DNA from: Savitreella phatthalungensis
Taxonomy: Eukaryota
Reading direction: 5' to 3'
Assembly (NCBI GenBank): GCA_051599415.1
Contig: AP039689.1
Coordinates: 1 to 64,000, forward strand
Length of the DNA: 64,000 bases
The position numbers were made by a program, and so were the translations under genes. Position 1 is the first letter of the stretch. Every line of letters begins with the position of its first letter. The notes beneath the pieces were generated by a model that was not told the origin of the DNA, ran no database searches, and saw only the letters and a list, made by a program, of their open reading frames with translations. Positions 9,487-20,839 of the stretch are shown here, one piece after another.

Positions 9487-11244
9487 TCAGACATTGTCGA
9501 CGTGGTGGGCGCCGTAAGTATTGGTCGCGTCTGCCCCGACCTCCCCTCGAATCTTTGGCTCGCGCTCCGTGTAAGCGTCACGGCCGATCTTCGCAGGTGG
9601 CGTCCAGCCGGGCGATCGCCAGGGCGTGACTGATCGATCGGCGTAGAGCTCGTCGATCTGCTCAAGTGACAAGTTGGAGGTCTCGTAGACGAAGAACCAG
9701 ACGATGAGTGCGCCGGCTATGTTGCAGAACATGAAGACGAAGCCGTATGCATAAGAAATCTTGGAAGCGATCGGGGAGGTAAAAAAGGCCAGCAAGAAAT
9801 TAGCGCTCCAGTTTCCCGCTGTCGTGATGGCGATCGCCTTGGCGCGAACACTTGACTTGTGAATCTCCGCATTGACGGCCCAGGTGCCGCATGACCATGT
9901 TGTCGAGAAACCGAGAATGTAGAGACAGGTGAAGACGATGAGGACGACGCCGCCGGTGTGCGTCGGTTTCGCGTTCGGGAAGCTTGGACCTGCGGGATCA
10001 GTGACTGTGAGGCCGACGACAGCATAGACTAAGAAGCACATAGCCATCCAGCACGATCCAATGATCAGCGGCTTGCGTCTGCCAAAGTACTCCATCGCGA
10101 AGAGACCAAGCGGCGTGCAACCACTATTGACGACTCCCAAGATGACGGAAGTAACGAAGCTGTTGTCCAAGCCTACGCCGGAGAAGATTGATACCGAGTA
10201 GTACAGAAAGTAATTGATACCGGAGAGCTGTTGACTTGCCTGCAGGACAAAGCCTAGGACAAGTCTATTGAAGACTCGGGGCTCGCCGTGGTATAGCTCC
10301 GACCAGCCATGTTTCTCCTGTGATTGGATATTGATCAGCGCGCGCATGTCGTCGAGGTCCGACGCGAGGTTGACATTGTAGCGAAATACACCACGAATTT
10401 TCTCCATGGCGAGGACCGCCTTCTCATCCTGGCCGCGCGAAAGTAGGAAACGCGGCGATTCTGGACAAATGAGCAGGCCCGCCATCATGATCAGCGGCCA
10501 AACGATGGAGAGTCCGATGGTGATCTTCCATGATGCTTGACCATCAATCGTGTGGGTGCCTGCATTGATGCCGTAAGCGATCAGGATACCTAAGGTGATG
10601 AAAAACTGATAGGACGACACAAGGGTGCCACGGATGCGTTTAGGTGCAGTCTCGCCGATGTAGAGTGGTGTAATCACGGATAATTGACCGACGCCGAGTC
10701 CTGCGATGAAACGGCCCATCATCATCTGCTCCCATGCATTGAAGGTGCAGAGCTGAACGACGATGCCGATGATGAATATGATGTTGCCAACAAAGAAGGC
10801 TCCTTTTCGCGCGAGCCGAGTGTCTGCGATGGGTCCGGCAGAGAGAGCGCCGAACAATGTGCCAACTGATAGCAGAGCAACGATAGCGCCCTCGCGCCAA
10901 ACAGGGATAGCATAAGAACCATCCAATTGCCTTTCGCCGAAGCGCTGTAGGAAATCTGGCATTTCGAGAAAGCCGGAGATCTGCCCGGTGTCGTAGCCGA
11001 AGACCGTGCCGCCCATGGCAGCGACAACGGCGATGAAGATGGAGAAGGCCGTAATCTTTTCCTTCTCGGAGACCCGCGGATCGTCGTCGCTGATGCCAGC
11101 CTGCTCCCGTGCCAACCGGCCATAATCCGAGACTCCGGTCTTGTTTCGGGAAATGCTGTTGTCAGATCGATCTGAGGGCGAGTCCGAACGCATACCGCCA
11201 GCCGTAGCCTCTGTGCCGGCCACAGATCCCTTCCTGTCGACCAT
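9487..11244 (-). CDS. MFS sugar porter (hexose transporter, Hxt/Ght-like)
   Basis: 585 aa with about 12 TM segments; motifs GGTVFGYDTGQISG, ETAPKRIRG, PESPRFL, QQLSGINYFLYY and FGRRK. Confidence 0.95.
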   Translation of the reverse strand: MVDRKGSVAGTEATAGGMRSDSPSDRSDNSISRNKTGVSDYGRLAREQAGISDDDPRVSEKEKITAFSIFIAVVAAMGGTVFGYDTGQISGFLEMPDFLQRFGERQLDGSYAIPVWREGAIVALLSVGTLFGALSAGPIADTRLARKGAFFVGNIIFIIGIVVQLCTFNAWEQMMMGRFIAGLGVGQLSVITPLYIGETAPKRIRGTLVSSYQFFITLGILIAYGINAGTHTIDGQASWKITIGLSIVWPLIMMAGLLICPESPRFLLSRGQDEKAVLAMEKIRGVFRYNVNLASDLDDMRALINIQSQEKHGWSELYHGEPRVFNRLVLGFVLQASQQLSGINYFLYYSVSIFSGVGLDNSFVTSVILGVVNSGCTPLGLFAMEYFGRRKPLIIGSCWMAMCFLVYAVVGLTVTDPAGPSFPNAKPTHTGGVVLIVFTCLYILGFSTTWSCGTWAVNAEIHKSSVRAKAIAITTAGNWSANFLLAFFTSPIASKISYAYGFVFMFCNIAGALIVWFFVYETSNLSLEQIDELYADRSVTPWRSPGWTPPAKIGRDAYTEREPKIRGEVGADATNTYGAHHVDNV

Positions 11245-13231
11245 CGCGCTGGGTGGGTAGGCAATTCACTGGACAAGGAAGCGAAACAGGAGCCGTGTCC
11301 TCAATATATAGTCCTAGACATTCGCTTGACCGCATCGTGGCATTAGCTCATGTGGTCACACCAGATTGCTGAGGGCGCCAATATTTCCTGAAGTTGCTAA
11401 ACGGCCGTGAGGTTTCAAGGTTATGTCAGAAAGCCACGGGTATAGAAGGCGCAGATTCAAAATGCAACGATCTGCAGGCATATTCGGCCGTACATAATTC
11501 CCGGCACTGAACAGTGAGAAACATATCCAACAGCCCGCAGACTACAAATTGTGCATTGCAGTTCGGGGAGTTGTCTTGTTCTATGAAAAGAAATGACGTC
11601 GAAATCCGTCATCGGCCTCCTAACCAAGAGCACCGCCGATGGGCCTTTCGCGGGGCACCAAAAAGCCTTATCGTCGAACTAACCCTGTTGGCTAAGAAAA
11701 GTGCAATAGAAATTAGGGAATAGAAAAACAATAGGACGCCATGCTCCGCAGTCTTCGGGACGAGAGTGCGTGACCTGAAAGTAATTGGAAGTCTGGTGAT
11801 ACCCTTTACCTTTCGGGCAATATATGGCCGCACGGAAGAAAAAGCAACCTTTGATCTGTCGCACATCGAGCACATGAGCAGCCTGACATCTCACCAGCTA
11901 TAGCTAGGCTACCCAGAATTTTGCGAACACGCGACTTGTTGATGGGCGTTCGGCGTAGAAAGGGATTCGCTCGTCGGAGTAACACAGTAGGCTCGAAACC
12001 GCTCCCTTATTAAGAGTCTCAATGCAAGATCGCGGAAATCTGGTGCCAGTGCATTTTCCGATTCGAGAAGCGAGTCTTCGGGTCACACGACCTGAAAAGA
12101 CCACGCTGATCTCGCTTCTCGCATTGCACATCATCTAAACAGTACATTATTCGAGTACGCGGGCCATTTCTCCCACAGATTGACTGAGCGATTGCACAAT
12201 GCGGAAGTGTACGTTGCCTACAGGAAGCGCTGCACAACAAAACCGATGTTCACGGTCCCGTGGTCCGACATTTGCAACGTGAGCATATTATACTGAAGCG
12301 TGGACGCGCCACGAGTGGACAAAGAAGCGTGCGTTTCACAGCATAATCGCTCCCGCATTCTCAAACAGGATTTCCGTGCATTGTGCATCAATTATGTTGA
12401 GCAACATGGTCGTCGTGCTGACGCCAGTTTTGCACACTCGAACATCGCCTATCCTGTATCGCGGAATTCGTTAGGCTGAATCAATCGCCTCAATCCACTC
12501 GACGACAAAACGTCGTGACAGACAGGAAATTGCTTCCTGGCCTGTCCAGACCGTAATCATCTATATCGCAGAGTACCCTTCGGTCCACATTGGCTGTTGA
12601 AGGAGTTTCGATGTTTCGCATTCTCCGCGACATTTCAGATATCGACCCATGTAGCGGATTCGCCGGGCAGGCCACGATGGTCGAGTCAGCTGTGTAGAGA
12701 GAGGCTCTGCTGAAACAAAGCTCAATACGGGGTCCACTAGTGTTGATATGTGTTAATTTTCTTGTAATTCAGTCCCGTTCTTAGTCATCCAGGCAGCAGG
12801 GATAGCAGAGTCAATTTGGATATATGCAGTAGCCCTCTTGAGGCTTCGAGTACTTCGATACATGGTCAGTCGAGCGTTCATCCATGCATGTCCAACATCG
12901 GCAGTCACTCTGCCAGGGCCTAAGAAAGCATGGCTACTCTACATGCGCCCTTCGTCAGGCGAATCGGCCTTCTCACGAAGTATGTCATTTACACATCAAT
13001 GAGAACAGACAATTTCGAGGGGATTGCGCAAGAGACCCGTAGAACGCTGCACGCCGAGCGCATCGCCATTTACGACGTATCCTCGCAGCACGGATCATCG
13101 CCATGAGGATGCAGATCGCGCAGCTCGAATGAGACCTTACACTCGGGCACATGGTCACGACACCTCACGTCTTTTGTGGCCGCAGAAGGAAGTTGATCGG
13201 ATCACGTGCATGAAGAACTAACGAATCGTGA

Positions 13232-13873
13232 TCAAATGTTCAATAGCAAGAGCGCTGCGGGCGCGAGTGCGAGAAGGCCTAGCTGGACAGCACGCTCGCC
13301 CTCGCTGCGGGCCGTCGAGCTGGCAGAAGTGCTTGCGCGGGACGACGAGGCGCTTGCCGTTGCGCTTGCGCTCGACCGGGAGGCGGAAGTTCCGGCAGAG
13401 GCTGCGGCGCCGACGCGTAGTCCGCTGACCTGCACATTGGTGCCGTTGCTGCAGGATGAGGGCGTGACAGCTGATGATACAAGAGAGAGATCGGCGCACT
13501 GATAAAGATTCGTGGATTCTGAAGATGCCCTGTAGACGACCTGCATAGTCACGTTGTCGCCAGCGCTGTATGGCAAAGTGGGAAGTGAGAGGCAGACCGT
13601 GCCGAGGCCAGTCACCTGGAACGTCTCAACGCTCGACGAGTCGAAGTTGGTGCCATCGCGCGAGAAGTAGATCGCAACCGACGCCTGTGCATGACGGCTG
13701 TTGATCTGATACTGACCGTCGGAGACCGGAAAGCTCTGGCGAGAGCTATTTACCGTGTTGAAACCTCCGCATGGTGCTTGCGGCTCTGAATCTTCGCTGA
13801 AGCCGCGGGAGTAGGGGCTGTCAAGCGTGAAGTGAGCAGCAGCTGCAGTCACGAGGGCAAGTAGCGAAAGCAT
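13232..13873 (-). CDS. Secreted GPI-anchored copper-binding protein, Bim1/X325 (LPMO-like) family
   Basis: Signal peptide, then mature His1 (HFTLDSPYSRGF...PCGG), a second His (SRH), LYQCAD, a Ser/Ala-rich stalk and a hydrophobic GPI signal. Confidence 0.8.
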   Translation of the reverse strand: MLSLLALVTAAAAHFTLDSPYSRGFSEDSEPQAPCGGFNTVNSSRQSFPVSDGQYQINSRHAQASVAIYFSRDGTNFDSSSVETFQVTGLGTVCLSLPTLPYSAGDNVTMQVVYRASSESTNLYQCADLSLVSSAVTPSSCSNGTNVQVSGLRVGAAASAGTSASRSSASATASASSSRASTSASSTARSEGERAVQLGLLALAPAALLLLNI

Positions 13874-14088
13874 TTGCCCGGCAAAGATTTGGACATGTCG
13901 CCTTTATAGAAGAGCTCTGAGCTTCCTCCTCTGCTAGGATGAGGATGAGGCAGAAATTTTGAGCGACCACATGTGCAAACGCGTGCGTGCTTGGACCTTG
14001 TCTGACCGAAACGTCGAAAATGCCGCATAGAAATAATCGATAAATGTGAGCCTGCGCATTGAAAGTAAAGGATGCGCACAAGAGTCGC

Positions 14089-15633
14089 ATGAAAATGGAC
14101 ATGGACATGGGAGATAGGCCGCTTGCCGGGGCCAGTTGGGCATCAGAGACTTACGCGAAGGCCTGGCTGGCAACTGTCTTGATCAGCTGCGCGCTGGTAG
14201 GAGGTTGTCGCTGGCTACTTTACTGGCGTACGGCCGTTCGCCGGAGTCCAAACACAGGACCGTTGCATTCTGCGCTTCAGCTTGCTCGCGAGGCTACGTA
14301 CTTCCAAAGCAACGGATTCTCGTGTGCGCAATTACTCGGCTGCGGGGCCTATATCGTCATCCTTTTAAGCTTTCTGCTCAGCGATGTATGGAGCTCGACG
14401 CCGGTCGTGTTTTGGGAGGCAATTGCATTCCGTGCTGCTTATCTCACAGTCGCTCAGATGCCATTGCTCTTTGCGCTGTCGACTAAGCGCAATATTTTGG
14501 CCTTTGTCCTCCATACGACCTACGGCCGCCTGAATGTCTTTCACCGGCTTGCGGCCCTCTGCACACTGACAACAGCTACAATACACATGGGTTACTTCTT
14601 GCGCGAATGGACCTTCTACGACATTTTCTACGAGCAATGGTCGATCATGGGGATGAGTATGCTAAGATGGGGCTTCGCAGCTTGGGGTCTGTTGATTTTC
14701 CTGGTCGCCACCGCATATCTGACACGAGAGAGGCTTCACGATGCGTGGTTGTGGCTACATATCAGTTCTGCCGTCTCTTTCCTCGTCATGACCTGGCTGC
14801 ATCTAGACCCTCCCTATCGTGGTTGGATTTATGGTACGCTGGCGATCTGGGCCGTCGATCGATTGATGCGTGGCATAAACCTGCTAGCTTGCAGCTTGTC
14901 AGGGCCGCGCGCCCAGATCAAGCAGCTTGATGCAGTATTAGAGATTACTGTAAGCGGCGCGAATATGACCATTCGGCCATCGCAGCACGTTCTGCTGACG
15001 ATCCCTTCGCTGGGACCAGGCGCTCATCCTTTGACCTTGTTACCTCGGGAACAGCCGACTTTTGTCGTCAAGATCAAGCGCGGCTGGACGCGTCGCCTTG
15101 CCAACTGGCCTGAGAAGTCACTTACATGTGCTCTTGAGGGACCCTACGCAGGCAGTCACTTGCCGCCTCGTGCATTCGCCGCTACGACTCTGATTTGCGG
15201 CGGCACGGGCGGCTCATGGACACACGCCGTGCTGCAGAATCTGCTTCAGGATCCGGGCCACTGCCGTCGCGTTGTCCTGATTGAGGTTTACAGGCGATCA
15301 GAGGACACTGCCTGGTATGAAAGGGACAGAGCTATCGCGATGGAGCATGCTCGAGGCAAGGGAATCATGCTTGAGATTTGCATCTACCTAACCAGCGCTC
15401 AGCACGGGGGATCTGAGAAAGCGGGGCTTCGTATTATCCCTGGTCGCCCATCGTTCGCCTGTCTCTTGGATCGGGCGCTCCCGTGGTGCGAAGGTGAAAG
15501 TGCGATCTATTGTTGCGGGCCGCCCTCGTTGTGCGATTCTGTTCGACACGAGGCCGTGGTCCTGTCCGACAGTCGCGCCGCGAAAAAGGGCCTCGGCGCA
15601 GAGGCGATCTACGTGCATATAGAGAATCAGTAA
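14089..15633 (+). CDS. Ferric/cupric reductase (FRE/NOX-family transmembrane metalloreductase)
   Basis: TM heme domain with paired His (FHRL...IHM; LHI...LHL), an FAD-like HPLT motif, NAD-binding CGGTG and CCGPPSL. ATG at 14089 gives MKMDMDM. Confidence 0.88.
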   Translation: MKMDMDMGDRPLAGASWASETYAKAWLATVLISCALVGGCRWLLYWRTAVRRSPNTGPLHSALQLAREATYFQSNGFSCAQLLGCGAYIVILLSFLLSDVWSSTPVVFWEAIAFRAAYLTVAQMPLLFALSTKRNILAFVLHTTYGRLNVFHRLAALCTLTTATIHMGYFLREWTFYDIFYEQWSIMGMSMLRWGFAAWGLLIFLVATAYLTRERLHDAWLWLHISSAVSFLVMTWLHLDPPYRGWIYGTLAIWAVDRLMRGINLLACSLSGPRAQIKQLDAVLEITVSGANMTIRPSQHVLLTIPSLGPGAHPLTLLPREQPTFVVKIKRGWTRRLANWPEKSLTCALEGPYAGSHLPPRAFAATTLICGGTGGSWTHAVLQNLLQDPGHCRRVVLIEVYRRSEDTAWYERDRAIAMEHARGKGIMLEICIYLTSAQHGGSEKAGLRIIPGRPSFACLLDRALPWCEGESAIYCCGPPSLCDSVRHEAVVLSDSRAAKKGLGAEAIYVHIENQ

Positions 15634-15651
15634 GTAGCTGTCCGAAACGAC

Positions 15652-16293
15652 TCATGACATGACCTGGTTGATGAATGCATCGAGTCCGCCATCGAGACGA
15701 TCCGCATCGCGCTGGGATTTCACTCCAAGCCGCCGACCGACCTCAACTATGCGATTCTGATCGAATCCCATGTCTGTGAGGTTGGATACGAATGATCGGT
15801 CAAAGCCGTAGAGCTGAAGATCGTCTCGCTCTACCCCGGTGGCTCCGGATGCATACTGCTGTGTCCAGTATTGTGCAGTCTGGTTAAAGCTAGCCCGGTC
15901 TTTCAGATAGTGGGCGGCAACCTCTGCGTCTTGTGGATCGTTCGGCTGTGGCTCATTCAGCATGCTTTGCAGAGAGACCAATGAAGAACGCATGGTGAAT
16001 ACAGGTGACCATTGCTCCTTTAAAATGTCGAGACAGATTGCCCCCGTCTGCGACGAAATGTTGGGATGATATACTTTCGTGTCGAACTTCATCTTTGGAG
16101 GGCGAAAGGGATAGTCGTTTGGGATCTGGATGTCGACGACGAATGTACCGCCCTCGTAAGGCGTGCCTTCTGGGCCGCGGAAGCTTCCCTTCAGATGCGA
16201 AAGATCGTCGCCTATCGGGTCCACGCTGAGGACCTCGTCACAGCTTCTACACTCCTCGATTTCTTTTGCAACGCGGCGGTTGCGATTGGCCAT
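15652..16293 (-). CDS. UBC1: Ubiquitin-conjugating enzyme Ubc1/E2-25K with C-terminal UBA-like domain
   Basis: GTPYEGG, YHPNISSQTGAICLDILK, PQDAEVA and a C-terminal DMGF UBA-like helix. Confidence 0.95.
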   Translation of the reverse strand: MANRNRRVAKEIEECRSCDEVLSVDPIGDDLSHLKGSFRGPEGTPYEGGTFVVDIQIPNDYPFRPPKMKFDTKVYHPNISSQTGAICLDILKEQWSPVFTMRSSLVSLQSMLNEPQPNDPQDAEVAAHYLKDRASFNQTAQYWTQQYASGATGVERDDLQLYGFDRSFVSNLTDMGFDQNRIVEVGRRLGVKSQRDADRLDGGLDAFINQVMS

Positions 16294-17487
16294 CCTTAGA
16301 GAGCCAGTAAGCCTGAAATGGCTGACGATCTGAGTGGACGATCTATTTAAGACAGCTGGATACCCCGCGGAATGCCTGTCGGGTTGCTTGTCGGCAAGGC
16401 CGGCTTCAAATTCACGATGAGCTCAACGCTCGGGAAGCACCACTCGAGCTTGCAAAGTCCTCTTCAGGAGACGTCTATAGACACCAGGCTCTGATCAATG
16501 GCAGCTCGCACGCTCTGGTTCGTCGAATGAATAATTCGAGGGTCACAGATCCCCACAAGACGTGTATGCGTTGATGGTCAAACTTGTCGACAGGACCCGG
16601 ACCAGACTTGGACGCATGTTGACGCATGACGTGTGTAATTGCCACGAATTCACTGTGGCGCAAGCTCCAAGGTGTTGCCAGGTGCACATGTTGCACAGTC
16701 CTGGCTCTGTGTCAGCAAAAGCACGCACGTGGATAGTCGAGCAATTCGCAAAATTGGTTGCTCTTTTTGTTTCGGGACCCTGGCAAGCTCCGAGGATAAT
16801 CAGTGCCCGAAATCAGATATTTGAAATGATTTCGAGCGCTAGGGGCGGTGTGGCCTTGGCATACAAATTCCAAATTTAAATGCATACATCGATCTGATCG
16901 AAGCTTTGAGTGTATTCGATGGAGTGAGAATAGCACCTGTATCCCGCGAATTCAATGTCCTCAGATCGATCAACATCGACTGGCCATCTGCAGCTCGGCC
17001 TTCAGCAGCTTGGAGTTCGATCTTTTCAACTGAAACGGAGGCGTGTCACGGGTTCGCCACCATTCGAGTCTCTTGACTCTGTGCGCGTCAGTGCACCGCA
17101 CAGGAAAAAGGCTCGGTGCGCAGGAGACGAAGCAACGAGCGTCTCATGCGACTACCATTACGTTCTGTCGCAAATACGCTTGAGTGAGCGCGTTTGGAAC
17201 TGTGTCCGTGTGAACCTCGGGGCTTGGATCATCTATCTGAGACGAGAAAATCATTCTGCTGTGTCTGTTTGCATTCTCAGCAAATGCGTGGACGGACGTG
17301 GATGAGCAAGCACAAAAGGTTGACCGCTGGGTCAGCTGGTCGGTCGCGTGGTAGTTCCTTATAAGCTTCGGTCCGGTGAGCGAGTCTCATGGCCGCCCGC
17401 ACGAGATTCGGCTGACCTTTCGCGTGCCCTGCTCGGCCGTACACTCACTACCTGCGACACTGCACGACAACGCGATAGAGGTTCATC

Positions 17488-19436
17488 ATGATGATGGTCG
17501 CGAGTAGTGCGCTCGCCTCAAACACAAAGCCAGAAACTTTCATGTTGACGCCCGAGCAGCAGGAACAACTCCCGTTTGAAAGCAAACAGGCATTGGAGCA
17601 AGTCGATGACTGTACGCGGAATCGATCTTTGTGATTGTGGGTAAATGCGACTGACACGTTCTCTTTGCATTAGTGAAGTACTTTCTGGCGACAGCGCCTG
17701 CAAATTGGCAAGTCGATCAAATCATCCGCCGCTACCTGCTTCCGACCGGCGAATATGTCAGTTGCGTCCTATGGTGAGTTCGATGCGGCAGCAAAAGTGC
17801 GGGAGTTCTCCAGGCTGACAGTCATAGGCGCAATTTATTTCACATCACCGGCACAGATATTGTGCGCGCGCTCACCTACCGATTTCAGGCCTTTGGGCGT
17901 CCAGTCAAGAATGTGAAAAAGTTCGAAGAGGGGATCTTTAGCGACCTTCGTAACCTCAAGCCTGGCACAGACGCCTCACTCGAAGAGCCAAAAAGTCCAT
18001 TTCTCGACTTGCTATACAAGAACAACTGCATCCGCACACAGAAGAAGCAGAAGGTCTTCTACTGGTTCAGTGTTCCCCACGACAGACTCTTCTTAGACGC
18101 ACTCGAGCGGGACCTGAAAAGGGAACGCATGGGACTTGAGGCGACGACAGTTGCTGTTGCCGAGCCTGCTCTCAGCTTCGTCTTCGACGCTACGCAGTCC
18201 CTGTACGAACAGCTTACGAAGACACTACAGCACTCAGCCGCATCGGAAGCTGGTGCGAGTCTCGTCGCGCAGCAAGCTCAGCAGAACATGCTCGCTGCGC
18301 AGCTTCACCGACGCAGCCAAAGCGTGTCTTTCGAAGACCAAACCCATTCAAGGCAGCCTTCTTACTCAATGCAGCCGCCACTTCAGGTCTCGTCGATTCG
18401 ACCATTGACGCCAACAGGCCAGGGCTACCCGGACAACATGCAGCATGCGCAGCAGAATTGGTCGGAGGACTACTGGGATGCATCGATTATGCCAGCACAG
18501 GGACATCCCCATCAGCCGATGACCGCCCAATCGCAACCGCAGTCGGATACGCTGCCACAACAGCACCATTCGCAGCAACATCCGGTTCAGGCAGCGCAAA
18601 GTTTCAATCCGGGTCACCGCGGCAGCGTTTCTCTCCACAATTTTCATCTCTTCGAAGGCAGCCCGACTTACAAACAACGTCGTCGACGTCAGAGTATTCC
18701 CACCAATCTGCTGCTCGACCAGGACGCGGATGACGGCGATAACGGACGGAATGGTCCTTTCGTGGACGACTCCGCGCTTGACTACAGGAGGGTGGAAGAG
18801 CCCAACGGTTCGACCTTCGAGCAAGGCCATGCCAGACATGCGCACTCCTTGGACTCGTTCGTCCCGTTTGACCAGCAAATCTCGCCGAGCTGGCGATTCG
18901 ATACGCGTGATATTGCAGCTTACGCGGACGGTGCCGCGGACGCCGACTTTGGAGCCTTGACGTCGGAGAATGGACGACGCGAAGCCACTCCAAAGTCAGA
19001 GACAGGAGACCCGTACCCAGCCCGCGCTCACACATGCCCGCTTGCTTCTTGCGGCCGACTGTTCCATAAGCTCGAACACCTTCAGCGCCACGTCAAGACC
19101 CACCAGTGGCGCAACTATCTCGACCCGCCGCCAGGATTCCTAGGCGAGTTACAGGACGGCTCGAATGCGCCGACAGGGGACGAAGAGGTCGACTGTAAGA
19201 AAACCCCGGGAGAGCCAGTGGTGGACGTGAACGATGTAGCTCGTCCTGCAGAGTACAATCTTATGCAGGGTGCAGGCGAGCATCAGCCCACGGAGACACC
19301 TCGATCTGCTAGCTTTGCAACTGAGCGAGCCGAGATCGCGCTCGACGAGGCAGCCGTTGCCGCTGTCACAGCTGCCGCCAGTGCTGCGGCGAAGCCTTCG
19401 GCACCGACACCGTCCCGTGACGGGTTCTGGGCCTGA
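17488..19436 (+). CDS. STE12: Ste12/SteA-like transcription factor; exons 17488-17611, 17674-17773 and 17828-19436
   Basis: GT..AG introns 17612-17673 and 17774-17827 (CTGAC branch sites) restore LKYFLATAPANWQ...YVSCVLWRNLFHITGTDIVR. STE domain motifs KKFEEGIFSDLRNLK and RTQKKQKVFYWFSVPHDRLF. One C2H2 finger. Confidence 0.93.
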
Positions 19437-19468
19437 TATAACCCATCGTGTCTAGCGTCCCGTAACGC

Positions 19469-19711
19469 CTACTGGTCAGTCATCACAACGTCAATTGCTT
19501 GCCCTAGTCTCCTCTTGCGCAGCCTGTCTGCACGCTCCTTCTTTTGCGCGACTTTCTTGCTCTCTACTCGACCGTGTATGATGCCTCCAGTCGCCCTCGG
19601 AGCCGGCTTGCTCGCGTATCTCGGCCTCGTCGTGCTCGAAGCTTGTCGACGTGCCTTGACACGGTTTGACATCTGGATCTTCGGCTTATTCGGGTTGTTC
19701 TTCGATGGCAT
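19469..19711 (-). CDS. ALB1: Small basic ribosome-biogenesis factor, Alb1-like
   Basis: Begins MPSKNNPNKPK and contains SKKVAQKKER, similar to the Alb1 N-terminus and core motif as recalled. Confidence 0.6.
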   Translation of the reverse strand: MPSKNNPNKPKIQMSNRVKARRQASSTTRPRYASKPAPRATGGIIHGRVESKKVAQKKERADRLRKRRLGQAIDVVMTDQ

Positions 19712-19867
19712 TTCGTGGTGTTTGTCTTGTTTACTGTGCCTGTAGAGTTTTCAAATGAAACACTGACGGCTGGTGACTTTTAGTGATCTCTTCTATTATC
19801 GGCGGATTACATTATAGCCTACTACGGACGTCCAGCTGATAAGCGAGACTATAGATTATACGTGGAT

Positions 19868-20839
19868 TTAGACAGCAACGACCTCGCGCTCGTTGACTGG
19901 CTGACCGAGCTCCTCGGTAGCCTGACCTGCATGTCCATCCTCGAGGGCCTCGTGCTCGTCAGCGTTGACCCAGTCACCGCCGTCTTGCAGCGAACGAGCG
20001 GACTGGCGGTTGCGGCGGCGAGTCGAGAGAGAAGACTTGACCTGCGCGCCGCCGTGTGTCCACTCCATCAGAGCATTCTCGCAGTCAACAATGATCTGCT
20101 TCGACTCTTCGTAGCCGTCGTATGCAGGACGTGTCTCTCCAGGAGTGACAGTGGTGTCGTCGAGCAGCTCCAGCAGGTGCTTGCCGTACCCGGCAATCAG
20201 CGCAAGCTTCTCGGCGTGCTCCTTGAGGGCATCGAACTGGTAGGTGAATGCGGACTTGAGCTTCTCGCGAGTGATGTTGGAAAGCTGTGCCTCTGCAACG
20301 AGAGATTCTGCCTCAGCACGGACAAGCTCCTGCTCGAGGACAACGAGCTTCGGGTTCTGCGGGTCCTTGTGCTTCATCATGTAGATCTGGTCCATGATCT
20401 TCTGCTTTCGGTCGCGCGAGGGCTGGACGGAAGCCTCGATGTTGCGGATCGACTTCATCGTCAAACGGTACTGGTCATAACGGTCGATGAAGCCATCCTC
20501 GAGCTCACCGATCTCATAGATGAGAACGCCGAGCTTGTCGGTGATGTCGCTCACATCCTCATCGCAGTCCTCGCCCCAGACGGAGAGCTGCTGAGCGACC
20601 TCCTTACGCTCACGGCCAACGGACTCGTATGACCGCATGACATTCTTCTCCATCTTGACGAGCACAGCGAGACGCTTGGCCAGATCGGGCGCAAAAGCGC
20701 CAGCCGCAGAGCGGCGGAACGTGCCGCCAAGCGAGCCAGTGAAGAACTGACGCTTGGTCGACGACGGCGGAGGTGCCGGGTGCGTCGCGTGCGAGGCAGT
20801 CGGGCCACGGGTCTGTCTAAGAGAGTAGGACCTGTGCAT
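19868..20839 (-). CDS. PIL1: Eisosome BAR protein Pil1/Lsp1
   Basis: MHRSYSLR, KLVVLEQELVRAEAESLVAEAQLSNITR and TPGETRPAYDGYE. Pil1 versus Lsp1 cannot be resolved by eye. Confidence 0.93.
   Translation of the reverse strand: MHRSYSLRQTRGPTASHATHPAPPPSSTKRQFFTGSLGGTFRRSAAGAFAPDLAKRLAVLVKMEKNVMRSYESVGRERKEVAQQLSVWGEDCDEDVSDITDKLGVLIYEIGELEDGFIDRYDQYRLTMKSIRNIEASVQPSRDRKQKIMDQIYMMKHKDPQNPKLVVLEQELVRAEAESLVAEAQLSNITREKLKSAFTYQFDALKEHAEKLALIAGYGKHLLELLDDTTVTPGETRPAYDGYEESKQIIVDCENALMEWTHGGAQVKSSLSTRRRNRQSARSLQDGGDWVNADEHEALEDGHAGQATEELGQPVNEREVVAV

Noticed and set aside
11679..11686. CTAACCCT in the long intergenic region as a telomerase RNA template
   Set aside because: An 8-mer is expected about twice by chance in 64 kb on two strands (another lies near 60625), and I recognised no supporting structure.
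13874..14088. Mac1/Cuf1 copper-response elements in the Bim1-like/FRE promoter
   Set aside because: No TTTGCTC-type consensus was found by eye.
19862..20632. Long antisense ORFs (here, and 59396-60430, 59706-60383, 45374-45976)
   Set aside because: They shadow well-conserved genes and have no recognisable motifs.
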